Below the pieces are notes generated by a model. That model searched no databases. It worked only from the letters and a program-made list of their open reading frames with translations, and was not told the origin of the DNA. DNA of 64,000 nucleotides from Octopus sinensis (Eukaryota), in assembly GCF_006345805.1 (NCBI RefSeq), contig NC_043007.1:15562001-15626000 (forward strand), given 5' to 3'. Positions within the stretch are counted from its first letter, which is position 1. The number at the start of each line of letters is the position of its first letter. A program made the translations under genes and the position numbers. Positions 11,757 through 24,790 of this stretch are shown one piece after another.

Positions 11757-11972
11757 GGTATCGAGCTGGCAGAATCGTTAGTACGCCGGACGAAATGCTT
11801 AGCGGTTTTTCGTCTGCCACTACGTTCTGGGTTCAAATTCCGCCGAGGTCGACTTTGCCTTTTATCCTTCGGGGTCGATTAAATAAATATCAGTTACGCA
11901 CTGGTGTCGATGTAATTGACTAGCCCTCGTCCCCCAAAATTTTCAAGACCATGTACTTAGAATAGAAGTAAC
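11757..11972 (+). mobile_element. SINE family A (short-tail variant) with 13-bp TSD
   Basis: CATTATACACACA occurs at 11741-11753 and 11973-11985. The tail is CCCCCAAAATTTTCAAGACCATGTAC. Confidence 0.9.
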
Positions 11973-12448
11973 CATTATACACACAAACACACACATAAAG
12001 ATATAAAATCGGGTGTGTATGTATTATGAATATATTTTTCTGACTATGTACACACACACACACTCACACTCGTGACTCTGTCTTATCGCCACAAGCACAG
12101 ATGCAAACTCTCTGTATATTTCTGGCAACAGAATGTGAATTAACATTGCTTTACTTATAATCTCAATTATTGACTTATTGAAAGTTTTGACCTCTGGCAA
12201 TAAGAATACGGTATTCATGCATCAACTGAAGAAGAGGTAAATGAGAGAACCCTCCTACCACTAGACCAAATCTTTTAGAAACAGCAGCGAAATGCTTCTC
12301 GAAAGTCACCAACTGCAAATGATAAGTGAAATGACAGATACAATATATGAAAATAGTTGTGAGGGTCATAGTAGAAGCTCATTTGGTCATAGGTCTACTG
12401 TGTCAGAATAGATCTGCGTATTATCAACAACACGATATCTTATATGTA

Positions 12449-12657
12449 ATATTGGTTTCAAATTGTGGCACAGTTTTGGGGGAGGGGATAAGTTGATTAC
12501 ATCGACCCCAGTGCTCAACTGGTACTTATTTTATCTGCCCCGAAAGGATAAAAACAACGTCGACATCCGGGGAAATTGAACTCAGGACATAAAGACGGAC
12601 GAAATGCTGCTAAGCATTTTGCCCGGCGTGCTAACGTTTCTGCCAGCTCGCCGCCTT
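12449..12657 (-). mobile_element. SINE family A (short-tail variant)
   Basis: Full colinear reverse-complement match ending CTGCCAGCTCGCCGCC. Confidence 0.9.
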
Positions 12658-12774
12658 TATGATAAAGAATATTGGCGCTGTGGCTAAAGGAAAGTATATC
12701 AGGAGTGGCATTCCTTCCAAATTACTCTGTAGATTTTTACATATTGCCAGGCGAAAAATTTACATCGTCTTAGA

Positions 12775-13148
12775 TTGTGGAAGCACTCCGTCGGTTACGA
12801 CGACGAGGATTCCGGTTGATCCGATCAACGGAACAGCCTGCTCGTGAAATTAACGTGTAAGTGGCTGAGCACTCCACAGACACGCAGTTCTCGGGGATAT
12901 TCAGCGTGACACAGAGAGTGACAAGGCCGGCCTTTTGAAATACAGGTACAACAGAAACAGGAAGTAAGAGTGAGAGAAAGTTGTGGTGAAAGAGTACAGC
13001 AGGGATCACCACCATCCCCTGCCGGAGCCTCGTGGAGCTCTTAGTTGTTTTCGCTCAATAAAAATTCACAACGCCCGGTCTGGGAATCGAAACCGCGATC
13101 CTACGACCGCGAGTCCGCTGCCCTAACCACTGGGCCATTGCGCCTCCA
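12775..13148 (-). mobile_element. tRNA-derived SINE, working family C, full length
   Basis: The minus-strand head GGAGGCGCAATGGCCCAGTGGTTAGGGCAGCGGACTCGCGGTCGTAGGATCGCGGTTTCGATTCCCAGACCGGGCG has A and B boxes and is followed by a ~290-bp body. The same head occurs as a stub at 31273-31303. Confidence 0.85.
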
Positions 13149-13419
13149 CGAATGTATTAAGTACTATGTTACGCAAGGTATACTTTATTGAGAAGTTTTC
13201 GTTATGATTACAATATCCAATAAGCCTCTGAATGACGCTTATTTCACTTATCTTTTCGCTTTTTTTTTTGTTTTTTGAGCAGCTTAAGCAAGTAAAGGGA
13301 ATTAGTGCAAGAAACGTGGCAGTAACGAATTGCTAAGCTAATATTTCAACTGCATCTGTTCAGAAAGTTCAAAGACATTTGACATTTAGTTACCATTTTA
13401 TTAGAATGCATTTTATTAC

Positions 13420-13780
13420 GTTATATATACATACATACACACATATATATATACATATATATGCACATATATATACACACATGCATATATATGCATATAT
13501 ATATACATGCATATATCTATATACACACATGCATATATATGCATATATATATATATATATACATATATATGTATATATATACATACATATATACATACAT
13601 ATATATGCATATATATATATGCATATATATGCATATATATATACATACATATATATGCATATATATATATATATATATATATGCATATATATTATTTGAT
13701 TGAATGCCACGAATCCATTCCAAGTTTATCTATCTATATATATATATATATAATATATATATATATATACACACACACAC
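13420..13780. repeat. Compound (TA)n/(TATGCA)/(TACA) microsatellite
   Basis: Seen directly; it is the source of several spurious Y/I/H-rich ORFs. Confidence 0.95.
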
Positions 13781-13985
13781 GCAAATATAGTTAATGATTC
13801 TGGGAAGAACGAGGGGGGGGGGTACAAGTAAGGTGAAGTGCATAACTCATCGAGCAAATTGAATTGTAATCCACTTAATTATGATTGACTCCTAGAGAAC
13901 TAGTTTTGTAGCATTCCAATGGGATCCATCTGATGAAGTTTCCAGAAATGCAATTCAACTTCTCTTGTAAAAGTTAATTATTATT

Positions 13986-14023
<38 letters not shown>

Positions 14024-14278
14024 CGTTGTTATTATGCAAAAGTGTCGTAAGTCCAAAACTATGCTTTCTCAGAAAAGGAAAAAATAGTTTAATCATTCTA
14101 TAATGAAACCGTTGTACTACACTTTGACTATTTTTGATATCTTGGCATCTGAAGCAGCTGGAGATACGATAGTCTGACAAAAAAAGCAAAAAAAAACGGG
14201 CTTTTGCAATCAAGAATGAATATTGAAAAAAGCGTATTAGGCCAAATTTGGACATACGACAGTTTAACATGACATCAA

Positions 14279-14324
<46 letters not shown>

Positions 14325-14507
14325 GCGTAGTAGAAAAATAAACATGACAAATTCAAATGTTTCTCTGTAAAATAAACTTAATGCAGGCTCGAACTTGATT
14401 GGATTCACACCAGAGGGGTTTCTGTATTACTTGACCAATCCCAGAGAAATATGTAGCCATTTTATCCATGAATTCGTAAATTTGTTCATAAATTCAACAG
14501 GACAGAA

Positions 14508-14538
<31 letters not shown>

Positions 14539-14707
14539 TTGTGTGTGTGTGTGTCCAAGTCTAGCCCTAACTCAGCAGCAGACATACGACGCAAGACGTT
14601 TCGACTCCTTGCTAAGAAAATCTTATTTGCTGGGGAGATGACTTATCTTATTGAGCACTACCTTATCCGATGTTTACTTCTATTATTGACATAGCGTATG
14701 ATATAAG

Positions 14708-14760
14708 GTAGATTTGGTCGTTATAACTAGCGGACCGAGAGAGCACAGAGAATCACCAGT
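14708..14760 (+). repeat. Dispersed monomer of short repeat F (related to the 90-bp minisatellite)
   Basis: GTAGATTTGGTCGTTATAACTAGCGG resembles GAAACTTGGCTGCTATTTCTAGCG of the 43833-44645 array and the monomers at ~43420-43490 and ~45112-45167. Confidence 0.5.
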
Positions 14761-15792
14761 CTTGCCTTGATATTTATGTTATTTGTTAAATCAGATTCGT
14801 GTTTTTTATTTTAAGTATTTACATGTTTGTTCGTCTTGAGGATTTTATTTTGAATACGGCGTGTTCATAAAGATTTCTGTGATTGCAGCTGTTTTTGAAA
14901 AGACAGAAGCACTTCTACCATTTCCTCTTGCTTCGATACAAAAAGAGCTGCGTGTTTTCGTAGTATTGTGTATTCTTTGCTTTTGTAATATTGTTTTTTT
15001 TTTGTGCCTCTCTCTTTAAATTTATTATGTGTGTGTGAGTGTTTATGTGGAGAGAGCCATTTGCGGAGACAGAGAGAGAGAGAGAGGGAGGGACGGAGGA
15101 AGAATTTTTCTGACTGTGTCGTATGATGATAATCTTTACATTATTTACTGACAAATGAAACAAATAATTAAGAAAATAAAAAAAAGACTATGACAAGCAA
15201 TTAGATTAAATAAGATAAATATATAATAAATTCTACATCACCCCTCTGAGTCTCTCTTTCCTCTCTCTCTCTCTCTCTCTATGTATATATATATATATAT
15301 ATATATATTTCTTTGTAATTTAATGGCCAATAATACCTTTATATATTTTGAAATTTGTTCTGCCTTTGGAATTTTTTAATCATATCTATGTGTGTTAGTG
15401 CGAACGCGCGCACGTTTATACTTTATGTGTATGTATGTGGGGTGGGGGGTGTAAAAACAATATATTTCTTTGCACTGATTGTATTGATAACGTTAATGAT
15501 ATATTTTCTACAGTTATCAAAATTGATTTTTGTAATGAAAAGAAACAGTTGGGGATTGAAGAATAAATAAAATCACGGTTTCTGAGAGTGACTTTATTCA
15601 TTTATCTCTTTCTTTTTTATACACCCTAATATTTTAGGTTTCCGAATTCCATGGACATTAAATCTTAAAATTCTCGTTTATCTCTGCCTTAACTGCTTCC
15701 TCTTCTTACGTGAAAAGATGCTTATACTACAAAAAAGGAACACAAGTACTGAGTGTTTATAGCCAAATAGTCTATATAAAAATTGTATGTAT

Positions 15793-16027
15793 TAAGGCGG
15801 CGAGCTTGCAGAAACGTTAGCACGCCGGGCAAAATGCTTAGCAGTATTTCGTCTGCCGCTATGTTCTGAGTTCAAATTCCGCCTAGGTCGACTTTGCCTT
15901 TCATCCTTTCAGGGTCGATAAATTAAGTACCAGTTACGCACTGGAGTCGATGTAATCGACTTAATCCCTTTGTCTGTCCTTGTTCGCCCCTCTATGTCTA
16001 GCCCATTGTGGGCAATAAAGAAATAAG
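15793..16027 (+). mobile_element. SINE family A, full length, 13-bp TSD
   Basis: AAATTGTATGTAT occurs at 15780-15792 and 16028-16040. Confidence 0.95.
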
Positions 16028-17494
16028 AAATTGTATGTATGGATTTTGTACGTATGTATGTATGCGCGCATACCTGTGTGTATGTGCTTGTATGTTGCAT
16101 ATGTTCAGTATGTATGCATTTAATGTGTAAATACAATGAACAATTTTTAAAAAAAACACTGGATGGACAAAGTTTTTACAAAATGCTTTAATTGGAAGAA
16201 AAAGCATCATAACGTTTCGGATATTTGGCCTTCATCTAGACAAAGAAAGAAAGAAGTGTAAAAGAGAAATAAATAGTCAGAGGAAAATCCGCATCTATCA
16301 AATTTCACCTACAAGGCATTTGGTCAACCCCAAATTTATGGTAAAAATCAGGATTCAAATCCGCTACATATTTGCACTGACCCTAGAAAACGCTTCTGCC
16401 AAGTGGTCTTCTGGACTTGAAAGCTTTGCCTTTTGACTAATTAAAGTACATTCTAGTATTTAACAGTTGTTTAATTAATAGCTACTTAATTAGCAAACCA
16501 TATGTAAATCTATAATCAATAACGTCATAATTGATGGACTGTCAATTTGTGTCAACAAAGGAATTCTTCAAATTGTGATTCAAATTGGTAGCAATGGCAA
16601 ACAAATGTCCATTAGTTTGTAAACCTGGAGTTATTAAAATCGAATGTCTTATTGGACAATATATTTCGTCATATAAATACAAAACGGGATTTTCCCAATT
16701 GAACTGATTTAAGTTTAAATAACTTCCGACACTTAAAAGGAAATGAGCCTCTCAAAATGGTAAAGTTTTCTATATTAGCTTACCCTTGCTGGAACGCGCT
16801 AGACTGAACTGTACAATGGTTATTCAATGGCCGAAACAGATAGAAGGTATTTCAAGAGTGGAATCACTGAGTTTTGCTCACATACAAATGTACAGAAATA
16901 TTTCATTGTTTAGTGATCTAGTAAAGTGTTTTAGACATTATAGGTTAATTATTTATAACAATTATTGAAAATAAGATACCTAACCTCACTTTCCATTATT
17001 TGATTGTTTATCAACGCTATTATTCTTGGTAATATTGACCCCGATCTTTGGATGTTAAATGTTCTGGTGATATTTGCAACAACATTTCGTTTCGATGGCT
17101 TTGAAGACAGATCATAAGGTGTCTTATTTCTTGATATTATTTGGCACTGGAGTTGATTTCAACAAGACGCCTTTATTTCCAAAAGATAAGTAGCAACACC
17201 CTCATGCCAGGAGACCACTTAAGTATAAATATATATTTGATAAACCTTTTAAACAACAACAAGTTATCCGATATAACTTGAATATTTGTTGCTTTATTTT
17301 ATTCTTAATTGGATATTCACTGGTAAAACATTTCCCCAATCTCTTGTGACATAGTTATCGAATTGCAAATAAGCATCAATATCAAGTTATATTGAGAATT
17401 CTTTGTTTTTCTAACTGCAAATCAAATTTTAATGCATTTAGAGAAACAAGATACAATGGATTTATCAAAATGTTTCAAAGTCAATAAATACATC

Positions 17495-17544
<50 letters not shown>

Positions 17545-17585
17545 TGTGTGTATGTGTACGTGCATGTATATATATATATATATTA

Positions 17586-17621
<36 letters not shown>

Positions 17622-18841
17622 TATTATATTGCTTCTCTTTTGTTTCATGTTTCAATAAAGAAACAAGTTGAAAAGACTTGTTTCACAAGGAAATATGTTA
17701 CAGGAAGAGATAAAAGAAAAAAAGAGCAGGGGGGAAAAAGTAAATAGGAAAAGAAGAAAGGGAAGAAACGAGAAAGGTAGAAAGACTAGATAGGAACAGA
17801 ATGTTGCGAAATACAGAATGACTACGTGAGTGAATGTGTGAGAAAAAAGAAACGATTATTCATATAAAATAACTAAGTTTTTTAGCATATAAAGGAGCTT
17901 AATGTTTTACTGAAGACATTAAGAGCTTAATTTGACATTTGTGTACAACGCATCTCCCCCTTCCCCTCACACACATACGCGCGCACACATTCAAAATTCG
18001 CATATGGGCATTGTTTGCTTGTAGGCTTGAATTGTGTGTTTAATTTGTAGGATTGCATACGTGTGTAGATGCGTATGTATTCTTTGTGAAGCCCAAAGTA
18101 CAAGGGAATAATAGTTTATGTGTGTAAGGAGAGGAGGAGAGGCAGGGAGAGATCCAGCTTTCATTCAAGAGTATTCGTGTCGTAAGTCAAGTGACTTCGT
18201 GAATTCGGTTCCAACAGGAAGCAATAATTTGCTCCTTAATTTCTTTTGCTTGATGATTACACCTATTCACAGATTCACTTTTGCACTCAAGTATATATCA
18301 GATATATATATACACATACTCTATCTGTATAAACAAACGAGGAAGCTTCTACGTGATCGTTCAACTAGTTAGTAATGTACTTATAAATCAAATTCTGCTC
18401 TGCCATATTTAGAAATATAAAGACTGCCTTAGACAATGTAGCCTTAAATATATCATATCTGAAAATATGACAACGTAGTCACGCCTGGAACGTCTTTGAT
18501 CATAGGCTTATGATTTAAGAGTTGGCCTGGAACTAAAGAATACGAACCACTGCATGCTTGCCAACATTACATGTCCATTTTATTAAACAATCTTATTTTC
18601 TAAAATTTGCTTCAATATACAACTAAAGGAAATTTTAGAATTTCGAGAAAAACATTTAACTTTGCAATGTCCTTTGTCCTTTCTTGTCTATTACACACGA
18701 AACACGGAATTTGCTCCTCCTTTTTGCTTAGAGTAGATGCTATCTGCTCCTATCCTTTAAACATATTTAAAATGTAATTTTATTCACACACACATACAAA
18801 GTCACGAACAACGATGTATATCTGAGCTTTTCAGTTTACAG

Positions 18842-18994
18842 AGAGTAAAAATTCTTCAACACATGAAGCAAGATATGTATATTCTATTAAAGAAAGAACT
18901 CATATATCTGATCCGTACCCGTGACTTTCAAGTTGCTCAGATTATTCAAGCGTGTGAAAACGGAAACCGGCGTAACAATATGTACGAAAAATGT
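18842..18994 (+). CDS. Candidate internal coding exon (51 codons, phase 0-0), product unknown
   Basis: Acceptor CTTTTCAGTTTACAG| and donor |GTAAGC flank the open frame RVKILQHMKQDMYILLKKELIYLIRTRDFQVAQIIQACENGNRRNNMYEKC. No homolog recognised. Confidence 0.25.
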
Positions 18995-19255
18995 GTAAGC
19001 ACATTGAAATATGATTAATGGACAGTTTATACAGATTTGATTATTTGCAACCAAGAAAGCGAAATAAAATGTTATATAATTTGTTTTCAGCAAAAGGCCC
19101 AATGGTTATGTATAGTTGATTATTCACAATCGATGTATATTGTTGCTTTTGTATTGTCACGCTGCATCTTTACTTCAGTCGTTTAAATTAATACTAACGT
19201 GAAGCCTATTGTTAACATTGAAGAAGCTATCACACTAATAACAAATGTGATGTTT

Positions 19256-19291
<36 letters not shown>

Positions 19292-19326
19292 ATAAGTATG
19301 CATATATACATATGTCTTTATGTGGA

Positions 19327-19558
19327 AGGCGGCGAGCTGGCAGAAACGCCGGGCGAAATGCGTAGCCGTATTTCGTCTGCCGCTACGTTCTGAGTTCAAA
19401 TTCCGCCGAGGTCGACTTGGCCTTTCATCCTTTCCGGGTGTCGATAAATAAAGTACCAGTTACGCACTGGGGTCGATGTAATCGACTTAATCCGTTTTTT
19501 CTGTCCTTGTTTGTTCCCTCCATGTTTAGCCCCTTGTTGGCAATAAAGAAATAATATT
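19327..19558 (+). mobile_element. SINE family A, 12-bp TSD
   Basis: TCTTTATGTGGA occurs at 19315-19326 and 19559-19570. Confidence 0.95.
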
Positions 19559-19676
19559 TCTTTATGTGGATGTCTTATTCAGACATAAGTAGGCGAGTTT
19601 GTGGATGTCTGCGCATGTTCCTATGTCAGCAAGTTTATAATAATAGTTTCCGAATGTGCTTTTGCTAGCATACATA

Positions 19677-19719
<43 letters not shown>

Positions 19720-20059
19720 CACACACACACACACACACACCACACACACACACACATACGCACGCACACACACCGTCTCTTTCAATTTTAATGGTAAAAG
19801 GGTACAATAATTCGAATTAGAGTCGTTTTAGTAGAGTACTGGGGGGTGGCGAGATACTACAGATCACTGGAAGACTTGATTACACTACTGTTTGCTAGTC
19901 TAGCGCTTCTGTACAGGTCAATACTATCACCAAGTGAACAAAATAAGCCTCTGTATGATGGTTCGACTTAACATAAATAGCACCCAAATCTATCTCGCCT
20001 TACACCCTACAGTGATAAAAATAACACTGACGCTATGGATAACGGAGCTGAGTACATGG

Positions 20060-20094
<35 letters not shown>

Positions 20095-20826
20095 ATCAAC
20101 AACGGAAGCAGATTTGATCATAGATCTTCTTGATCAGGACTGACTTGATATTAAACAACAATAATAGATGCATCATCATCATCATCATCAGCAGCAGCAT
20201 CAGCATTTGCTATATTGCGGCTGCAAGGAATAAGATTAATAAAATGATCCGATCAGTGATTGAACATGCCGTCGCACTCTGTCTATAACTCTCACTTTTG
20301 TTAATTGTCTAGGTTTGTGTGAGTGTGCTTATGTGTATGTGTGCGTATGTGAGCGTGTGTGTGTGTATGCGTGTGTGTGTGTGTGTACGTGCTTATAAAA
20401 ACGCCTTGTTACCATTACTACGTTGTTGAGTCACTAGCGAACATTTAGTATTTATGGACTGTGTGACCATATGTATGCACGTATGCGCATGTGTGTGTGT
20501 GAGTGTGTGTGTGTGTGTGTGCATGTGTGTGTGTGCTTGTATTTTTGTATGTGTATGTATCTGTATAAGTACGATCTACGCACACATCGTGTCTATAGGT
20601 AGATCTTTTGATGTTAATGGAATGCTAAAAACAAAAAAAAAACACTAAAAAATATCAATAAAGACAAGTATATAAATAAATAAATAAATAAAAACATGCA
20701 TTATCAATAATGTAAGTATATATTTCAATATCTACTATGACTGCTACGGTACGGTGTGTATTCAGGTATTTCAAGTCGAAATCTTTACTTCAAAAGGCGT
20801 CAATGATGGTCTTGATGATGATGATA

Positions 20827-20858
<32 letters not shown>

Positions 20859-21209
20859 AATGATGATGATGATGATAAAACAGTGAGACACACCTACTAT
20901 TTTACCTCAAACAAATATACTATGTATATCATTTTATAAACTTAGGTTGTCTATTTATTTATTTATTTACTTATTTATTATGTTCATTGCTGTTTTGAGT
21001 CTTGCTTACTTTTGAGAATTTCGAATTAAATTTTCATCTGTACTTGATATGTTTTTTTTCTAAATAAAATAAACGATTAATGGTGGATGCGGCGATGAGG
21101 TGATAAAGTTGATGATTTGTTAGTCATAGTGTTGATATGTTCGATGTTATGATGTCTGTGCTATTGAAAATGGTCGTACTTGTGATGTTTCTCCTGATCG
21201 TCCTTATCT

Positions 21210-21790
21210 TTTATCTTTGACATGTTTCAGTCATTGGACTGCGGCCATGCTGAGGCCCTGCGTTCAATAGTTTAGAACTAATTGACTCCATAACTTATTT
21301 TGTGAAAGTTTGGTTTTATTATATCTGTCTCTTTTGCTGAACCTCTTTCTTACTGGGACGTAAACAAACTAACACAAGTTATCAAGCGATAGCAGTGGGA
21401 AACGATACATTCTCGTCGGTTATTAATGGCAATAGACGCTATGAAAAACCGTTGAATAAAACGAAGGTAGAAAAAATATAAAAGATATAAAATACTCGCA
21501 ACCATGTTCTCACAATACATAGACATAAAACCTCCTGCGTTCATAACGTCTACATACGTACACACTCACTCAAACATGTATATGTACATGCACATACACA
21601 CACAAACATATATGTATATAGACATACATCTGTACGACGGGCTTCTACACAGACTTTGTCTACTGAATTCTCTAACAAGGCATTGTTCAGCCCAGCGTTA
21701 TAGCAGAAGCCCCTTGCCCTACTGTGGTACAGCGGAAATGGACCCGAAATTAAGTGATTCCAAAGCGAGATTCATATTCACACTGCCATA
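21210..21790 (-). mobile_element. Old SINE family B copy with expanded internal spacer
   Basis: The tail part CATGTTTCAGTCATTGGACTGCGGCCATGCTG lies at ~21225 and the head part ACGACGGGCTTCTAC...CCCCTTGCCCTACTGTGGTACAGCGG at ~21635-21735. Confidence 0.65.
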
Positions 21791-22139
21791 CTTGCTCCAT
21801 ATTGTACAAAAAATATATAAATAATATATGAAATCTGATACAGACACGAATAACAAAATACGAAGACCCCAAAAATGCTCTTGACAGCATTGTTTGGAAA
21901 AATCTGGCTAGAGGTAAAATTCGCAAGTTCTAAGAGCATTAGCTAGCATGTCTTGCGCTATCTGTATCGACCTTCTGCGATCTAAGATCAAATAATGCTG
22001 AGATTACGTTTGCTTTTCGTCCATTTATGGTCAATAAATGTACCATGTTAAATGGTGGGAATGCCTTATTTCGATCCACATGTGTGTTTGTGTTGATATA
22101 TATATAGATATATATATTATATGTTCACAATCATTTACC

Positions 22140-22438
22140 TTTTACTTGTTTCGGTCATTTGACTGTAGCCATGCTAAGACACCGCTTTGAAGGGTTTTAT
22201 TCGAAGAAATCAACCCCGTGACTTATTTATATTTTAAAGCCTAATACTTATTCTATCGGTCTATTTTGCTGAACCGTTAAGTTACAGGGGCATAAACACA
22301 CTGACACCAGTTGCCAAGTGGTGATGAGGGCCAAAGATAGACACAAAATACATAGATATATGCATATATAAACGACAGGATTCTTTCAGTTTCCGTCTAC
22401 CAAATCTACTCACAAGGCTTTGGTCGGCCCGAGGCTAC
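22140..22438 (-). mobile_element. SINE family B, head truncated
   Basis: Runs from TTTTACTTGTTTCGGTCATTTGACTGTAGCCATGC to CACAAGGCTTTGGTCGGCCCGAGGCTA. Confidence 0.85.
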
Positions 22439-22460
22439 ACTTGCACAACTTGTATATAAC

Positions 22461-22491
<31 letters not shown>

Positions 22492-23002
22492 GGGAGGCGG
22501 GAGTGCATTGCCAGCAGCTTTTGAAAACATGATAAATCGTGTATATCATTCAAAGTGCTAAGAAGGAAAAGTATCAATGGTTGCGAATGCAGCAGCAGCA
22601 GTGGTAGTCATAGTAGTAATAGTAGTAGTAGTAGTAGTAGTAGTAAATGAGAATCAGACGACGTAATGGAGGATCAGTGATAAAAGGGAAAGAGCATGTA
22701 AGTGCAGTAACAAGCGAAAAAGCCTGAGGTGAAACAAAAAAAGCTAGAAAGAAGAAAGGTTAGGTGAAAAGTTGATGTGACGAAGAAGAAGAAGAAGAAG
22801 AAGAATTGTGGAAAGAAAAAACGTGAGAATGAAACTTCAAAAGTGGAAATGTAAAATATGAAAATGGAATGAATTAAAACGTAGTAAAACCATGGGAAAA
22901 ACAGTGAAAACAAACATGGCGATGAAAGGAAAAAATGAATGAAAAAGGAGAAAGAAGGCAAAGGTGAAAGGATGCTTTGCCAGAAGAATCAATTAAGTAA
23001 GA

Positions 23003-23110
23003 AGATATATATATATATATATATATATATTAATAGATATACATATATATATATATATACATATATATATATGTCTATCTATTTATATATCTATATATAT
23101 ATATATAAAT

Positions 23111-23145
<35 letters not shown>

Positions 23146-23205
23146 CATACATATCTATACATACATACATATCCATCAAATATATATATATATATATATA
23201 TAAAT

Positions 23206-23240
<35 letters not shown>

Positions 23241-23372
23241 CATACATATCTATACATACATACATATCCATCCATATCTATACATACATACATATCCATC
23301 CATACATATATATATATATATATTACTTCATTGATTTTTCTTGCAAAGCATCTTTTTTCTTCTTTTCGTTTC

Positions 23373-23412
<40 letters not shown>
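23003..23412. repeat. (TA)n / (TACA)n compound array with CATATCTATACATACATACATATCCATC subunits
   Basis: Seen directly. Confidence 0.95.
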
Positions 23413-23413
<1 letters not shown>

Positions 23414-23944
23414 GTTCTGTTAGTCTTTCTTCCTTTGAGTGTGTATGTATGAAGAGAGAGATTGAAATCATTTAACCAATGCCACGCTTCAATGCGTCGT
23501 TGGTATTCGTGACTTCCATTTTGTTTTAGCTCTAAATATAAAGTAACATTTACAGTTCTCTTTCCTGCGCCACCGCTAACCACCTCTACCGCCACCTTCA
23601 ACACGAACCAGTATTCTACATGGATAATATTATCATGAATGTGTATATGTAAGTGTTCAAGTACAGAAAAATATATATTGTGCTGACTTTAGGATGGAGG
23701 TGTATAAAAAGGCAGTAAAAGTGTTATCTTGTTCGTTATTTAGTCATGATTTTCACTAATAAAAAAGCCAGCCTGTACGTAGTCGTTGATCTAGTTAGAT
23801 ATTGCAACGAAATCTCTCTCAGATCATATTCTGCTGTCTTGAGGACTGCAGTGATGATTGTAAAAATGTCGAATCGTCATGATTGGCCTCTGATCATTAG
23901 TTCGCTTTGATAGGAGTTGATGTATGGTTAAGTAATAATAATAA

Positions 23945-24176
23945 AGGCGGCGAACTAGCAGAATCGTTAGCACGTCGGGCGAAATGCTTAGCGGTATTTC
24001 GTCTGCCGTTACGTTGTGAGTTCAAATTCCGCCGAGGTCGACTTTGCTTTTCATCCTTTCGGGGTCGATAAATTAAGTACCAGTTAAGCACTGGGGTCGA
24101 TATAATCGACTTAATACCTATGTCTGTCCATGTTTGTCCCCTCTATGTTCAGCCCCTTGTGGGTAATAAAGAAATA
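23945..24176 (+). mobile_element. SINE family A, full length, 19-bp TSD
   Basis: GGTTAAGTAATAATAATAA occurs at 23926-23944 and 24177-24195. Confidence 0.95.
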
Positions 24177-24578
24177 GGTTAAGTAATAATAATAACGCTA
24201 GATTTTGTTTCTGATCTTCATGATAGAAACGATACTGGATTTAAATACAACTAGAGCTTCGAAGCTCCCAATTCACAGGAACCTCAAAATAATTGAAAGC
24301 CATACACAGTCTATCATATTGCCATGCTTTAGTAACCCTCATCTAAGATTTATGTATGTCTTAGAGCCTCATCAAGTATAAACCCGCCGCTGTTGGAAAA
24401 CCTGCATAAAAAAAACTACATGAGACAGTGTAGCTATAGACATGTGTTTATCTAGAATAAAATACTGGATGATTTCGACTGGGACGCCCTTGATCATAGC
24501 TCTCCTTGATTAAGAACAGCATAAAGCTTATCAACAATATAATTCTCATTAATAATGATAGTGACTAATACTTCTGTT

Positions 24579-24790
24579 GTGGAGGTGTGTGGCTGAGTGG
24601 TTAGGGTATCAACATCATGATCGTAAGATTGTGGTTTCGATACCTGGACCGGGTGACGCGTTGTGTTCTTGAGCAAAACACTTCATTTCACGTTGCTCCA
24701 GTCCACTCAGCTGGCAAAAATGAGTAACGCTGCGATGGACAGGCGTCATGGACGGGAAATCGGGCCCATGAGCCTGGCTAGACTTTAAAA
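24579..24790 (+). mobile_element. tRNA-derived SINE, working family D
   Basis: Head GTGGCTGAGTGGTTAGGG...GGTTTCGATACCTGGACCGGG, then TTCTTGAGCAAAACACTTCATTTCACGTTGCTCCAGTCCACTCAGCTG, then CTGCGATGGACAGGCGTC, which resembles the V-SINE central motif. Confidence 0.75.

Noticed and set aside
12775-13148. tRNA genes at SINE heads (also 24579, 45271, 47639)
   Set aside because: A/B boxes are present, but acceptor stems are not formed and each head runs into a repeat body.
13925-13960. CTGATGA...GAAA motif
   Set aside because: The intervening AGTTTCCA cannot form stem II, and there is no stem I.
18930-18965. IIQAC as a caspase active-site motif
   Set aside because: It is followed by ENG rather than RG/QG, and the upstream KPK-type context is absent.
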